This document shows, in pieces, positions 7,611-16,258 of a stretch of 48,328 nucleotides of DNA; position 1 is the stretch's first letter; the number at the start of each line of letters is the position of its first letter. The notes beneath the pieces were generated by a model. The model was given only the letters and a program-made list of their open reading frames with translations. It did no database searches and was not told where the DNA came from. Position numbers and translations under genes: made by a program. The DNA is from a virus, in UHGV virus genome UHGV-0207328; one strand, written 5' to 3'.

Positions 7611-8696
7611 CAGCGCGGTTTGCGTGCCGTATGCGTTAAACACCTTGCTTCGGCCCGAGAAATCCCGGCGAATTTGCAAACCCATAGCAGCCCACGTTAA
7701 AAAGTTAAAGTTAGCGTGCGGCGTGGTACGCGGCTCTGCATAGGTGGATACCGGCTGAGCGACGCGAGGGCGAATATACAGTGCATTCTTCACATAGCCG
7801 ACGAAATGGTTACCGGTCAGCTTGAAGTTGGTGCCGATAGACGCGATGCGGCCAACGTTGCCGGTTTTGCCGAATGCGAGGATATAATCCTCAATGGTGC
7901 CGCCTTTGAAGCCTGCCGCGTTGGAGTACGGGCGGCTGAAGGAACGGCGCACAGACGGAGAAACCCACAGAGTAACCGGCTCGAACACGTTTTGCGCATC
8001 GAGAACCGCCTGGAAATCCTGGTTGAAGAACTCAACGATTTCATCAGGGGTTGCAGTTTGCAGGTCGATATTCAGCGCGCCAGTACCAGAGGTACTCAGG
8101 TTGAGCTGCACGGTGTTCGGGTGGTTGGTGATGCCGTAAGCAGTATAAACGCCATTCACGTTCAGGCTTGCATCGCCGACAAGCAGATAATCCGCCATGT
8201 CTGCGCGCAGGTTGAAGGTGGTGCTTTCCTGGTCATCAATCAGCGGGTCGAAACCTTCAGATTGCATACCCATCAGCTCACGCCACTCACGGCCATAACC
8301 GGTTTTGAAGATCGGGATTACATCGCCGCTGTAGGAGTAGCGGGTTTTATCCAGGTCTTCAGGCTCCTGACCGGAGATGGTGCGTACAACCTTGCCAGCA
8401 TCGGAGGCCATGCGGCTAATTGCCACGGTCTTACCGATATTGATGTTGGTCGCCAGCGTCATCAGGTCGGCCATCATGTCCATGCCGGACTCGTTGCGGA
8501 ATACACGGGTGGTCACGTCGTCCACTTCGCGCCAGTAGTCTTTCGTTACCAGGGCGGTGGCGTTTACGCCGTATTCTTTCGCCAGAGCGTTTTCACCATT
8601 GATGAAAACCTTGCGGTCAACGGTCAGATGGCGCCATTGCTCTTTAACCACCTGCGAGTTGGTGATCAGGCCTTTCGTAAAGATAATCTTTTCCAT
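7608..8696 (-). CDS. major capsid protein
   Basis: 362 aa. Follows protease/scaffold and decoration genes, and is followed by a strong terminator. Confidence 0.75.
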   Translation of the reverse strand: MEKIIFTKGLITNSQVVKEQWRHLTVDRKVFINGENALAKEYGVNATALVTKDYWREVDDVTTRVFRNESGMDMMADLMTLATNINIGKTVAISRMASDAGKVVRTISGQEPEDLDKTRYSYSGDVIPIFKTGYGREWRELMGMQSEGFDPLIDDQESTTFNLRADMADYLLVGDASLNVNGVYTAYGITNHPNTVQLNLSTSGTGALNIDLQTATPDEIVEFFNQDFQAVLDAQNVFEPVTLWVSPSVRRSFSRPYSNAAGFKGGTIEDYILAFGKTGNVGRIASIGTNFKLTGNHFVGYVKNALYIRPRVAQPVSTYAEPRTTPHANFNFLTWAAMGLQIRRDFSGRSKVFNAYGTQTAL

Positions 8697-8707
8697 TGTT
8701 CGGCTCC

Positions 8708-9172
8708 TTACGCCGCAGGCATTGCAGCATTGCCAGCACGACGAACTGCAACGAGTTCAGCGCCATCAGATGCTACGGTGTAGGCTTCATACGCATAAAA
8801 CAGGATGTTTTCACCTGCTTCTGCAACCTTTAACGCGCCGGAGCCATTGCTTGCCAGCGGAGTACCTTTTACCAGCGCGGAGGATGCCGCAACCAGAGCG
8901 TGATACGTTACGCCAAATTCGCACTGTACTGCCATGCCGGTAGCATTCGCCGGTACAGCTTCGCTCACGTCGCCGCCGCCAACATAGTTGTGTTGCAGAA
9001 CGTAGGGGAAACCCTGACCGCCAGCAGTCGCATGCGCGATGATTTTGTCAGAGGAGTTGAAGTCGACCAGTGCGCCAGGTTGCAGAGCAACGTTCATCAG
9101 ACCTTCGCGCAACTGCGGGTCGTTTTTGCGGGCCGGGCCGCCGATGATGGTGCCATAACGGATAGTAGCCAT
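8708..9172 (-). CDS. head decoration / DUF2190-like structural protein
   Basis: 154 aa, Ala/Gly-rich. Lies between scaffold/protease and MCP, with ATGA overlap to the protease gene. Confidence 0.5.
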   Translation of the reverse strand: MATIRYGTIIGGPARKNDPQLREGLMNVALQPGALVDFNSSDKIIAHATAGGQGFPYVLQHNYVGGGDVSEAVPANATGMAVQCEFGVTYHALVAASSALVKGTPLASNGSGALKVAEAGENILFYAYEAYTVASDGAELVAVRRAGNAAMPAA

Positions 9173-10572
9173 TATTCAGGTGCCTCCATATCAAAATCTT
9201 CTTCGGCACGGTTCGGCTGGAACCCGCCGGAAATCGGAGCCGCTTTACTGGTGAGCGCATAGGTTTCACGCAGTGCTTCGCCAGTCAGCGCATTAACAGC
9301 AGATTCCGGCAACTTCAGCTCAGCCATAATGGCGGCGCGCATTGCGGTTTCTTCCTGTGCGGCATTGGCTTGCAGCTGGTCGCGCAGGGTTTTGTTTTGC
9401 GCCTCCACATCGGCCAGTTTCTGGTTGACTGCGGTCAACGATTCCTGAACCGGCTTGAGGGCATCGGCTAATACAGCCTGTAATTCCTCGTTAGTCATTG
9501 AGATTTCCCCTTGAGTTGTTTTTACCGGTTCAAGCTCTGTCTTATAAACAGCCTTAACCCGTTCACCGACTAATTCTACCATATCCTCACGGACGATGTA
9601 GGACTGCATATAAATGGTGCCGTCAATCTCAACGCCGAAGTAATTATCATAAACGGCGACGATATAGGGCCATACATCAGACTGAGTCTCGGCCTTAATG
9701 ATATTGCGGAGCTGCTCGGTAATATCGGTGAATGACAGTTGATTGCCTGTCAGGCGATTGATGGCGCGCTGCCACCATTTGATTTTGTTTGCACTTTCGT
9801 CGGTCATTGCCGATTCCTCAAGATTAACCACAATGCGCTCAATGTCTTCGCCGTTAGCAGCAAAGATACCGACACCATCAGCAGGGCCGCCAGCACCAGG
9901 AATACCAGGCGGAAGAATGGCGAGGTGATCCCACTCCATATTCCGGGCAATCCAGGAATATTTTTTACCCTTAGAAGTTCCTGATGCCTGCTCGCGGTTG
10001 AGCAGCAGTCCCGTGGACACTTGCACAGGTTCAGCATCGGCGCTGTTGGCCTTGAGTCCGTCAATACGCGACAGCAACTCCCTGCCTTTATCAGATCGCT
10101 CAGCTACCACCTTGTTAATATAAAGGTCTACCAGTGCCTTGCTGCCGTCATGAGATGAGTTCTCAATCCATGCACCAACGCTGAACTGATTAGCGGCCCG
10201 CGTCATGTTGGCTGACACATATTTGCCATCAATCTTCGGGTGGTCATATGGCGCCGGTTTCCCGTCAAGACCATGGAATGACTTTTTAATCTCATCACCA
10301 GGGTACAGGCCGCCATTCATGACAATGTCATCTACCACCGGCACAACATTCTTGATGACATAGTGCGGGTCGCCATCAATGATTTTTTCACTGATGTTGC
10401 TGGCTGAGTTGATGGTGTACAGGATGTTAACCTGTAATTTATTATTCATGTGCTTGAATGCCTCCACCTCAGCAAGGCGCTTTTTCGCCGCCTCTTCGGT
10501 GTCGTACTCGCCAAACTGGTGCGAGCCATCCTTAGATTTAACGACCCACTTGTCGCCAATTTTGACAATCAT
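9172..10572 (-). CDS. prohead protease / scaffold fusion protein (DUF2213-like)
   Basis: 466 aa. N-terminal [39 protein letters not shown] signature, C-terminal coiled-coil Ala/Gln/Glu-rich scaffold-like region. GGAGAAAGG RBS. Confidence 0.6.
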   Translation of the reverse strand: MIVKIGDKWVVKSKDGSHQFGEYDTEEAAKKRLAEVEAFKHMNNKLQVNILYTINSASNISEKIIDGDPHYVIKNVVPVVDDIVMNGGLYPGDEIKKSFHGLDGKPAPYDHPKIDGKYVSANMTRAANQFSVGAWIENSSHDGSKALVDLYINKVVAERSDKGRELLSRIDGLKANSADAEPVQVSTGLLLNREQASGTSKGKKYSWIARNMEWDHLAILPPGIPGAGGPADGVGIFAANGEDIERIVVNLEESAMTDESANKIKWWQRAINRLTGNQLSFTDITEQLRNIIKAETQSDVWPYIVAVYDNYFGVEIDGTIYMQSYIVREDMVELVGERVKAVYKTELEPVKTTQGEISMTNEELQAVLADALKPVQESLTAVNQKLADVEAQNKTLRDQLQANAAQEETAMRAAIMAELKLPESAVNALTGEALRETYALTSKAAPISGGFQPNRAEEDFDMEAPE

Positions 10573-10711
10573 GACCTTTCTCCGCGCTTACTTTATTCCC
10601 GGATTATAACACACCATGAATATGCACCACGAAACGGACGCGAGAAGGTAAAGCGGAGACGCGGTAAAAGCGAAAAGAGTAGCAAAGAATGATATCAGTA
10701 TGATTGGCATG

Positions 10712-10745
10712 GCTGCTACCTCCTGAATGCAAGGTAGCAGCCAAT
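10712..10745. other. 11-bp-stem hairpin GCTGCTACCTT-N9-AAGGTAGCAGC without a U-tract
   Basis: perfect inverted repeat in the 180-nt gap upstream of the protease/scaffold gene. Confidence 0.3.
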
Positions 10746-10754
10746 GATGACGAT

Positions 10755-11099
10755 TTATTGAGGACTATTCTTATTTAACATTCCGCAGTTAATTTTTGCG
10801 CGGTTTACTGCATCCATGAATTTCCCGACAGGCATCGTTTTGCGGATTTCAGCCAGAATGGCGCCGTGTAACATTCTTTCTTCACCGTAGTAGAGCTTAT
10901 CAAGGCGAGTGCGAACCAGTGCGCGCGTGCGCTTCATGTGGTCACGCGCCTTCATGGCCTTCTCTTTCCATACTCTGCCTGCATCCTGATTTCCAGCAAG
11001 CTGACGCTCGATAGCCTCAATCTCAAAGGCAAGCGTCATATCAATGTCATCCAGTTCGCTGATTGTTGCTTCCATGATTTCGTTAAGTTGTAGTTTCAT
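10755..11099 (-). CDS. hypothetical protein (114 aa)
   Basis: ORF in a tightly packed leftward small-gene array. Confidence 0.45.
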   Translation of the reverse strand: MKLQLNEIMEATISELDDIDMTLAFEIEAIERQLAGNQDAGRVWKEKAMKARDHMKRTRALVRTRLDKLYYGEERMLHGAILAEIRKTMPVGKFMDAVNRAKINCGMLNKNSPQ

Positions 11100-11369
11100 T
11101 TATTCACCTTTTATTTTCAGACCTGAGGCGCGGATGGACTTTGCGCATTCTGCGACAGTGTTTTTATGCAGATCACAAAACATTTTCGCTGCGCTCGGAC
11201 CGAGTGGGTGCACTTCTATTGCTGTTGGCAACTCAATCTCAATCGCCGCGCGCGATGCTCGCCACGCCAGAGCCGTATAAACCTCTAATTCATCTCTCTC
11301 CTCATCTGAATAATAGGGCCTGTCAAAATTCTCACTAAACCACTTTTCAAACTGCTCTCTACTTGTCAT
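11100..11369 (-). CDS. hypothetical protein (89 aa)
   Basis: ORF contiguous with its neighbours. Confidence 0.45.
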   Translation of the reverse strand: MTSREQFEKWFSENFDRPYYSDEERDELEVYTALAWRASRAAIEIELPTAIEVHPLGPSAAKMFCDLHKNTVAECAKSIRASGLKIKGE

Positions 11370-11641
11370 TTCTCCTCCTCATCAAAATACTTAATCTCGC
11401 CATCAACCATGTTTTGCCATGGGATATGCAAATCAGTTCCATCAACTGACAGCATGATGCTGTTATCCATCTCCGTGCATCCATCAGCGAAGAAGGTGCT
11501 TTTCTTTCCGTTTAGCCACTCAATTGTTACTCTGCATTTTCTTTGTTCCACTATCCACCCCATCTCTCTGCGATTATTGGCCGTGCGTTCACAATTGGTC
11601 ACAAACAGCACGGTTCCTGATTTATGCTTTACCGCCCACAT
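11366..11641 (-). CDS. hypothetical protein (91 aa)
   Basis: ATGA-coupled ORF. Confidence 0.45.
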   Translation of the reverse strand: MWAVKHKSGTVLFVTNCERTANNRREMGWIVEQRKCRVTIEWLNGKKSTFFADGCTEMDNSIMLSVDGTDLHIPWQNMVDGEIKYFDEEEK

Positions 11642-12099
11642 GACTGGCGCGCCCCGGCAAGCAGCTTTTCAAACATCATCCTGTCACGGCTCATGCCAAA
11701 TGGGATGATCTCCTGCCAGTAATATTTCCATGCTCCACCTGGGAGCATTTTGCGATCAACCTGACCAATGCTTGCCAGATAGCGCATGCGTGCCTTGAGG
11801 ATGGTGTAGTTGACGCCGACAGCTTCTGCTATCTGCTTGCTCTTGCGTCCCGGATTCGCCTCAAGATATGTCTGAATTGCCAGGTCAAGCGCAGTATTAT
11901 CGGGATTGAGGAAATACTTAAAGCAGCGCCTGCCATAGCTGACGCTTTCCTCTTTAATAATAAATCCCATACCCTCCAGCTCAATCAGATAGCCGGTAAC
12001 GCTTGCTCGATTTGTCATGCCAGTCTGCTTGCGTATCATGGCATTGGTTGCACCTCCGCAGCGCTCTATCACCGTGAGTATTTGCGTTTTAAAGTCCAT
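11629..12099 (-). CDS. putative DNA-binding protein with two winged-helix-like segments
   Basis: 156 aa from ATG 12099 (GGAG RBS, 7 nt after the Lar gene stop). Segments IERCGGATNAMIRKQTGMT..GYLIELEGMGFI and KSKQIAEAVGVNYTILKARMRYL. Confidence 0.35.
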   Translation of the reverse strand: MDFKTQILTVIERCGGATNAMIRKQTGMTNRASVTGYLIELEGMGFIIKEESVSYGRRCFKYFLNPDNTALDLAIQTYLEANPGRKSKQIAEAVGVNYTILKARMRYLASIGQVDRKMLPGGAWKYYWQEIIPFGMSRDRMMFEKLLAGARQSCGR

Positions 12100-12325
12100 T
12101 TGCGCGCTCCATTGCATCCTGTTTGTAGTCGTCAGCGGTATAGAGGTGGCCATTTCTGGTGTTCCATTCCCTCACAGCGGTGCAAAGTCTCAGATGCTTA
12201 TCACTCTTCTTCCCGCACTCATCACACTCAATAACCCATCCTGAGGACTTTGCGCACCGGAAAACATCAAGACCTCCACAAACACGGCACTCCAGCAGCC
12301 CATTGCTGCCCATCATTGGTTTCAT
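12089..12325 (-). CDS. Lar-family restriction alleviation zinc-ribbon protein
   Basis: 78 aa. C.VCGG..(18)..C.ECG...A..EWNTR pattern typical of Lar_restr_allev. GGTGG RBS. Confidence 0.5.
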   Translation of the reverse strand: MKPMMGSNGLLECRVCGGLDVFRCAKSSGWVIECDECGKKSDKHLRLCTAVREWNTRNGHLYTADDYKQDAMERANGL

Positions 12326-12558
12326 TTCGCCACCTTTTCCATCATGTATTTAACCTGAATGTTGCATAGCTTTCTCAGCACCCTATCCCTGCGATAATCG
12401 CGTTTTATGCCAGGTCGCCTGCACTTGGTATGCAGCATCTGTTTCAATGTTCGGCGGTCAGGCTGGTTTTTCTGCCACTTATGCCTTGCATTATCCTCCC
12501 TGATATCAGCCACGATTAACTGAAGCAGCGTGCTGGCCTTGCTCATTTCGCCACCCAT
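12322..12558 (-). CDS. hypothetical basic protein (78 aa)
   Basis: ATGA-coupled ORF. Confidence 0.4.
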   Translation of the reverse strand: MGGEMSKASTLLQLIVADIREDNARHKWQKNQPDRRTLKQMLHTKCRRPGIKRDYRRDRVLRKLCNIQVKYMMEKVAK

Positions 12559-12734
12559 TCACCAATATTGCTGAAGTGAGGACGCCCTTCTCGCCATTCT
12601 ATAATTTCGCGGTTAACCTGCCGTTGCATGCGGTTGCGAACCTCGCGCAATTCGCTTTCTAAACAAGCGCGAGTTCGGTCAAGTTCTTCCAGCTTGTTCA
12701 GCAATTTTTTTTCGTACACCTGATCAGTAGTCAT
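12543..12734 (-). CDS. hypothetical coiled-coil protein (63 aa)
   Basis: ORF with heptad-like charge pattern. Confidence 0.4.
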   Translation of the reverse strand: MTTDQVYEKKLLNKLEELDRTRACLESELREVRNRMQRQVNREIIEWREGRPHFSNIGEWVAK

Positions 12735-12900
12735 TTTTTCTCTCCATCAGCACTTTGTAGTGAACGCCATAATATTTGAGCACCTGACTATGGTTGTGCA
12801 GATACCCGTCATCATCTTCAATCGGTAGTCTTACCACGATGTAAAACGCCCGGTAGAGTTCTGTCCATCCATAACAACATTTGCGCTTCCTCGGCTTCAT
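12724..12900 (-). CDS. hypothetical protein (58 aa) with strong GGAGG RBS
   Basis: internal ATG of the 80-aa frame, preceded by GGAGG at 6-nt spacing. Confidence 0.3.
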   Translation of the reverse strand: MKPRKRKCCYGWTELYRAFYIVVRLPIEDDDGYLHNHSQVLKYYGVHYKVLMERKNDY

Positions 12901-13033
12901 GGGCGGCCTCCATAGCAGCCAGGTCAATGCGCTGCTCGATAGATTTAATGATTGACTCTGGCACATTAAGCATTTGCAGAGTCTCCCGGCAATCGCGCTT
13001 ATGAACCTCTGTCACCTCCTGCCACTTCTTCAT
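12818..13033 (-). CDS. hypothetical protein (71 aa), overlaps the previous ORF out of frame
   Basis: ATG 13033. The longer 107-aa frame would run into the divergent promoter. Confidence 0.25.
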   Translation of the reverse strand: MKKWQEVTEVHKRDCRETLQMLNVPESIIKSIEQRIDLAAMEAAHEAEEAQMLLWMDRTLPGVLHRGKTTD

Positions 13034-13087
13034 TCCACACCACCTTTTATCATTATGGTACAATCTACAACACAAAGTATTGACTAA

Positions 13088-13116
13088 TTGACGTAGATTC
13101 GTCAAGATGATTTTCA
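13088..13116 (+). promoter_or_regulatory. conserved TTGACGTAGATT element (promoter-like) upstream of a rightward cassette
   Basis: exact 12-mer copy 40 nt upstream of ATG 13130. -10 unclear (ATGATT/TTTTCA). Confidence 0.35.
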
Positions 13117-13129
13117 CAGGAGAGCGACA

Positions 13130-13351
13130 ATGGCGAGACAACGCAAAGAACCACTGGAAGTACTGACTGAGATTATCACTAAGCGCCAGCCGCTAAGCCT
13201 GCGTGATGTCAGATACTATGCGCACTGCTATGTAGCAATGCGCGAATGGAGCGCTGAAGAAATGTATGCGTTTGTGCGTGAACACTTCAGCGTGGATGAG
13301 AAAAACAAGGTTACATTGAGGGTTGGAGATGGAAAGGTGGACGGTAATTAA
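13130..13351 (+). CDS. hypothetical protein (73 aa)
   Basis: AGGAG RBS. Confidence 0.5.
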   Translation: MARQRKEPLEVLTEIITKRQPLSLRDVRYYAHCYVAMREWSAEEMYAFVREHFSVDEKNKVTLRVGDGKVDGN

Positions 13352-13511
13352 CGACAGTGGTGCTCCGGTTTCTTATGTTAGTGCGGATGGTGATGACACG
13401 CCGCCAAGAATGATTGTCTTTGAAGACCGGTTTGATGCCTATAAATGGGTTGTTGAGAATGGAGCCTCGAGTGATGAGGTGGTGAAAATTAAATTTGAGG
13501 TGGTGAAATGA
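13323..13511 (+). CDS. hypothetical protein (62 aa)
   Basis: GAGGGTTGGAG RBS, overlapping coupling. Confidence 0.4.
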   Translation: MEMERWTVINDSGAPVSYVSADGDDTPPRMIVFEDRFDAYKWVVENGASSDEVVKIKFEVVK

Positions 13512-13975
13512 AATACAAGTACCATAAAGGAAGTGAAGCAGATTTTGACGGCCATCCAGGCGCCATTCTTGTTGTGAAATCAGAATCAACTGGCAGGGTA
13601 TACCATCTCGGCTTGGATTACGCGGGCCGGGATAAGGATATAGAAAAGGTTGGCGATATTATTATTGCTCATCGTGAGCTGGAGCCAGACCCATGGATGC
13701 TATTTGAATCCCCCACAGGACGCCTCATTACCGAGCGCGGCAGTCGCTATGGAAAATTCAAAGACGGCGCAGAAATCATGCGGTCGCTGAAGCGAGTTAT
13801 GCATGACACGGATGGCTGGAATAACCTGACAGCAAGCCAGAAGGAAGCGCTCGACATGATTCAGCATAAAATCGGTCGAATCCTTAATGGCGATCCGACA
13901 TACGACGATAGCTGGAAAGACATTGCTGGCTATGCAACATTAATTGTTAATGAACTAAGCGGGGAGGTAAAGTGA
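13508..13975 (+). CDS. hypothetical protein (155 aa), possibly a nucleotide-pyrophosphohydrolase-like all-alpha C-terminal domain
   Basis: C-terminal ..SQKEALDMIQHKIGRILNGDPTYDDSWKDIAGYATL resembles MazG/DUF6378-type helices. Weak. Confidence 0.4.
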   Translation: MKYKYHKGSEADFDGHPGAILVVKSESTGRVYHLGLDYAGRDKDIEKVGDIIIAHRELEPDPWMLFESPTGRLITERGSRYGKFKDGAEIMRSLKRVMHDTDGWNNLTASQKEALDMIQHKIGRILNGDPTYDDSWKDIAGYATLIVNELSGEVK

Positions 13976-14199
13976 TGACGCAATGCAAAAGCACCGAATC
14001 ACAAGAATCAGGACACTTTGAGTGTAATGGGTTTGCTGCACGATTCAAAGGCAAGCACCTGACTATTGAGGTGACTGGTGACAGGGTTAACACCTTATAT
14101 GATGGCAGTGTGTTCACTATTGATGAGATTGGGGAGATCGTTAAGTGCATTCAGCATATCAACACAAAACTAAGCAAAGCATCAATGGTGAAGCTATGA
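13972..14199 (+). CDS. hypothetical protein (75 aa)
   Basis: ATGA-coupled. Confidence 0.4.
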   Translation: MMTQCKSTESQESGHFECNGFAARFKGKHLTIEVTGDRVNTLYDGSVFTIDEIGEIVKCIQHINTKLSKASMVKL

Positions 14200-14333
14200 A
14201 GCGGGAGCCAGTAGCCTACATCATCACCAGCAATCGTGGGCGCCGCTATCTGGCGTTTGCTGGTAGTGTTGAGCATCAGAATGCGACCATGTTTGGCTAT
14301 GAAATGAAACCACTCTATGAGGATTTAAAATGA
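14196..14333 (+). CDS. hypothetical protein (45 aa)
   Basis: internal ATG of the 62-aa frame, ATGA-coupled to its neighbours. Confidence 0.3.
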   Translation: MKREPVAYIITSNRGRRYLAFAGSVEHQNATMFGYEMKPLYEDLK

Positions 14334-14545
14334 CAGTACAAGCAGCGAAAGACCCTGGGAAAATCTGGCTACATCAGGAGATTATTGACGGACGCCTGGA
14401 AGTGGTGGACCAGGATGGGAGGATTGTTGGCGGCGTGGTGAAAACTGACACCAGCACGCAATCGAGAGGAAAGATTGCCACCATGATTATTGAGGTTGAA
14501 ATTGCCGCAAAAATCGATGGCGAAAATATCGGCTTCGTTGTTTAG
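14330..14545 (+). CDS. hypothetical protein (71 aa)
   Basis: last gene before the terminator. Confidence 0.45.
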   Translation: MTVQAAKDPGKIWLHQEIIDGRLEVVDQDGRIVGGVVKTDTSTQSRGKIATMIIEVEIAAKIDGENIGFVV

Positions 14546-14560
14546 TCTACCAAGCCAAAC

Positions 14561-14587
14561 AAAGCCCCATTACGGGGCTTTTTTATT
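14561..14587. terminator. bidirectional terminator AAAGCCCC-ATTAC-GGGGCTTT + T6
   Basis: perfect 8-bp stem with T-run. Confidence 0.6.
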
Positions 14588-14720
14588 GGAATGGATGGCT
14601 TCCATAATCGCTGCGCATCGACTTGCTGTAGCGACTCTTTTTTGCCGGTTGATATCCAGACTTTCCGCCAGCAACGCTTGCCGCCATCTGGTCGTATTTC
14701 TTTCGGTTCGCTTGACTCAT
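14583..14720 (-). CDS. 45-aa basic protein downstream of Rz1
   Basis: GGAGGGTG RBS 7 nt upstream of the ATG. Lys/Arg/Ser-rich. Confidence 0.3.
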   Translation of the reverse strand: MSQANRKKYDQMAASVAGGKSGYQPAKKSRYSKSMRSDYGSHPFQ

Positions 14721-14727
14721 CACCAGC

Positions 14728-14976
14728 TCACCCTCCGAAGTTATCTCTATACCAATCCTGCCAGTCGTAAATCGTCATCTTTCTTTTCGTGGCACATTCC
14801 GTGTTCTGGTTCTCCATGACGATACTTTCATCGCTATTTTTGGGCGCCACTTTCGACAATTCGCACACCTGACCCAGCATCTCTGCTGATGGCGGAGTCG
14901 GCATCGAGGGATTGTTGGCGCAGCCGCTGATAGTTGTCATCAAAAACGCACACATTACGATTCGGGTCGGAGACAT
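14728..14976 (-). CDS. Rz1: o-spanin (Rz1-like outer-membrane lipoprotein), embedded in the +1 frame of Rz
   Basis: lipobox LMTTISGC, proline-rich NNPSMPTPPS, entirely within the Rz gene. Confidence 0.55.
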   Translation of the reverse strand: MSPTRIVMCAFLMTTISGCANNPSMPTPPSAEMLGQVCELSKVAPKNSDESIVMENQNTECATKRKMTIYDWQDWYRDNFGG

Positions 14977-15214
14977 ATTTCACCACGTCACGGTAAATGG
15001 TTTTGTATTTGGTTTCAGTCACAACGCGCACCTGCTGAGATTGTGTCGTGGACTTAGCTTGCTTGCTTTGCGCCTCCTGCCTGCGCTTTTCTGCGTCACG
15101 ATTAACCTTTTCGCTGTGCGCATACCATCCCTTCAGGTATCCAGCGCCATAACCAGATGCTGCAATGATTAGCGCGACGCCAATGGCGATTAGAATTAAC
15201 TTAATTCTGGTCAT
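14834..15214 (-). CDS. Rz: i-spanin (Rz-like, N-terminal TM + coiled-coil periplasmic domain)
   Basis: N-terminal IKLILIAIGVALIIAASGYGAG TM segment, charged helical Gln/Lys-rich region. Confidence 0.6.
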   Translation of the reverse strand: MTRIKLILIAIGVALIIAASGYGAGYLKGWYAHSEKVNRDAEKRRQEAQSKQAKSTTQSQQVRVVTETKYKTIYRDVVKYVSDPNRNVCVFDDNYQRLRQQSLDADSAISRDAGSGVRIVESGAQK

Positions 15215-15434
15215 TTTTCAGCGCCTTAATCTCTTTCTTCATGCCGTGCATTTTCCCAAACAGTGAGGCAAGAAGGATGCTGTAGCTGATCGCCTTGACT
15301 GCAATCGGCGGAATGGCAGACTTGAGGTCTTCCGGCATGAAGGCCCACACATGAACCATGGCATCAGGCCAGAGTTGAATCAGTGAGCAGAATGATGCCC
15401 AAATGCCGATAAGCCAGTTACTGAGGTGCTTCAT
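15201..15434 (-). CDS. putative holin-like two-TM membrane protein
   Basis: 77 aa, two hydrophobic helices plus charged C-terminal tail. Lies between the endolysin and the spanins. Confidence 0.4.
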   Translation of the reverse strand: MKHLSNWLIGIWASFCSLIQLWPDAMVHVWAFMPEDLKSAIPPIAVKAISYSILLASLFGKMHGMKKEIKALKNDQN

Positions 15435-15895
15435 GATACAGAACCGCCAGCTGCCTTATAGACAGCAATTAGTTTATCCATTTTGTGCTCATGCTGACCA
15501 TAACCAGCTCCGGGTAAAGATGCCCAGCGGGAACGGCATTTTGTGATTGCAGATTCAATGCGGCCAGCCTCAATATCATCAACGGCCTTGCATTCGCGGA
15601 TTAACTGAATTGCGATAGCATCCTGAGAGGCCGGAGAGAAATCAGGGAGTCTTAATTGTTTTTTGTAGGCATCGTAAAACCTCGACAGAATTTGATATCG
15701 CCCGGCGCCGGTGGATTTGATACCCAATTTAGGGAGGCTGACCAGTTTTCGTGGGTGGTCGGAATAGTCAGTGAACAACGAGCTACCAACAATCACATCG
15801 TAACCACGATTTCTTGTTGGCTGCCTTCCGTTATCAGTACCCTCACTGAACGCAAGCGTATCCAGGAACGCCTTCATGTTCTTACTTATAGCCAT
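15431..15895 (-). CDS. endolysin, lambda R-like lytic transglycosylase
   Basis: 154 aa from ATG 15895 (AGAGAGG RBS). KAFLDTLAFSEGTDNGRQPTRNRGYDVIVGS..FTDYSDHPRKLV..STGAGRYQ..WASLPGAGYGQHEHK is near-identical in pattern to lambda R. Confidence 0.8.
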   Translation of the reverse strand: MAISKNMKAFLDTLAFSEGTDNGRQPTRNRGYDVIVGSSLFTDYSDHPRKLVSLPKLGIKSTGAGRYQILSRFYDAYKKQLRLPDFSPASQDAIAIQLIRECKAVDDIEAGRIESAITKCRSRWASLPGAGYGQHEHKMDKLIAVYKAAGGSVS

Positions 15896-16163
15896 AATAA
15901 TAAACCTCTCTTTCGCGCTTTCTTCGCTGCCTGTCGCCGTCATTAAGGCACCACGCCATAAACTGACCCTGCGCACACTGGAAGCATCCGGCATTGTGCT
16001 TTTTGAGGAGCGCAGACTTACTGAACGCATCAATACCAATTGAAGTTGCCAGGCTTGATAGCGCATCAAACTGGTTTTGAGTTGTGTGTGATTTAACAAT
16101 CAATGAGATATCAACAACCTCATCAATCATAAATTCCTTCCTGCCTAAATGAGAAAATTCCAT
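15882..16163 (-). CDS. hypothetical protein (93 aa) upstream of the endolysin, no TM segment
   Basis: GGAGGT RBS at 5-nt spacing. Confidence 0.4.
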   Translation of the reverse strand: MEFSHLGRKEFMIDEVVDISLIVKSHTTQNQFDALSSLATSIGIDAFSKSALLKKHNAGCFQCAQGQFMAWCLNDGDRQRRKREREVYYYGYK

Positions 16164-16200
16164 GATTACCTCCGATGCAGATTATTTTATCATAATCATA

Positions 16201-16236
16201 TTGACGTAGATTGAATCTTAGGCGATGATGTAGATA
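16201..16236 (+). promoter_or_regulatory. conserved TTGACGTAGATT element followed by a second GTAGATA copy
   Basis: exact 12-mer at 16201, GATGATGTAGATA at 16224-16236, 58 nt upstream of ATG 16259. Confidence 0.35.
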
Positions 16237-16258
16237 CACAAACACAGGGGAATTCAAG

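Noticed and set aside
7716-8783. 355-aa plus-strand ORF
   Set aside because: It lies entirely antisense to the major capsid protein gene, and its composition (Arg/Gly/Ala/His runs) is typical of shadow frames.
15896-16099. N-terminal 68-aa extension of the endolysin frame (222-aa ORF)
   Set aside because: Homology to lambda R starts at the internal Met, which has its own AGAGAGG RBS. The extension overlaps the upstream 93-aa gene in another frame.
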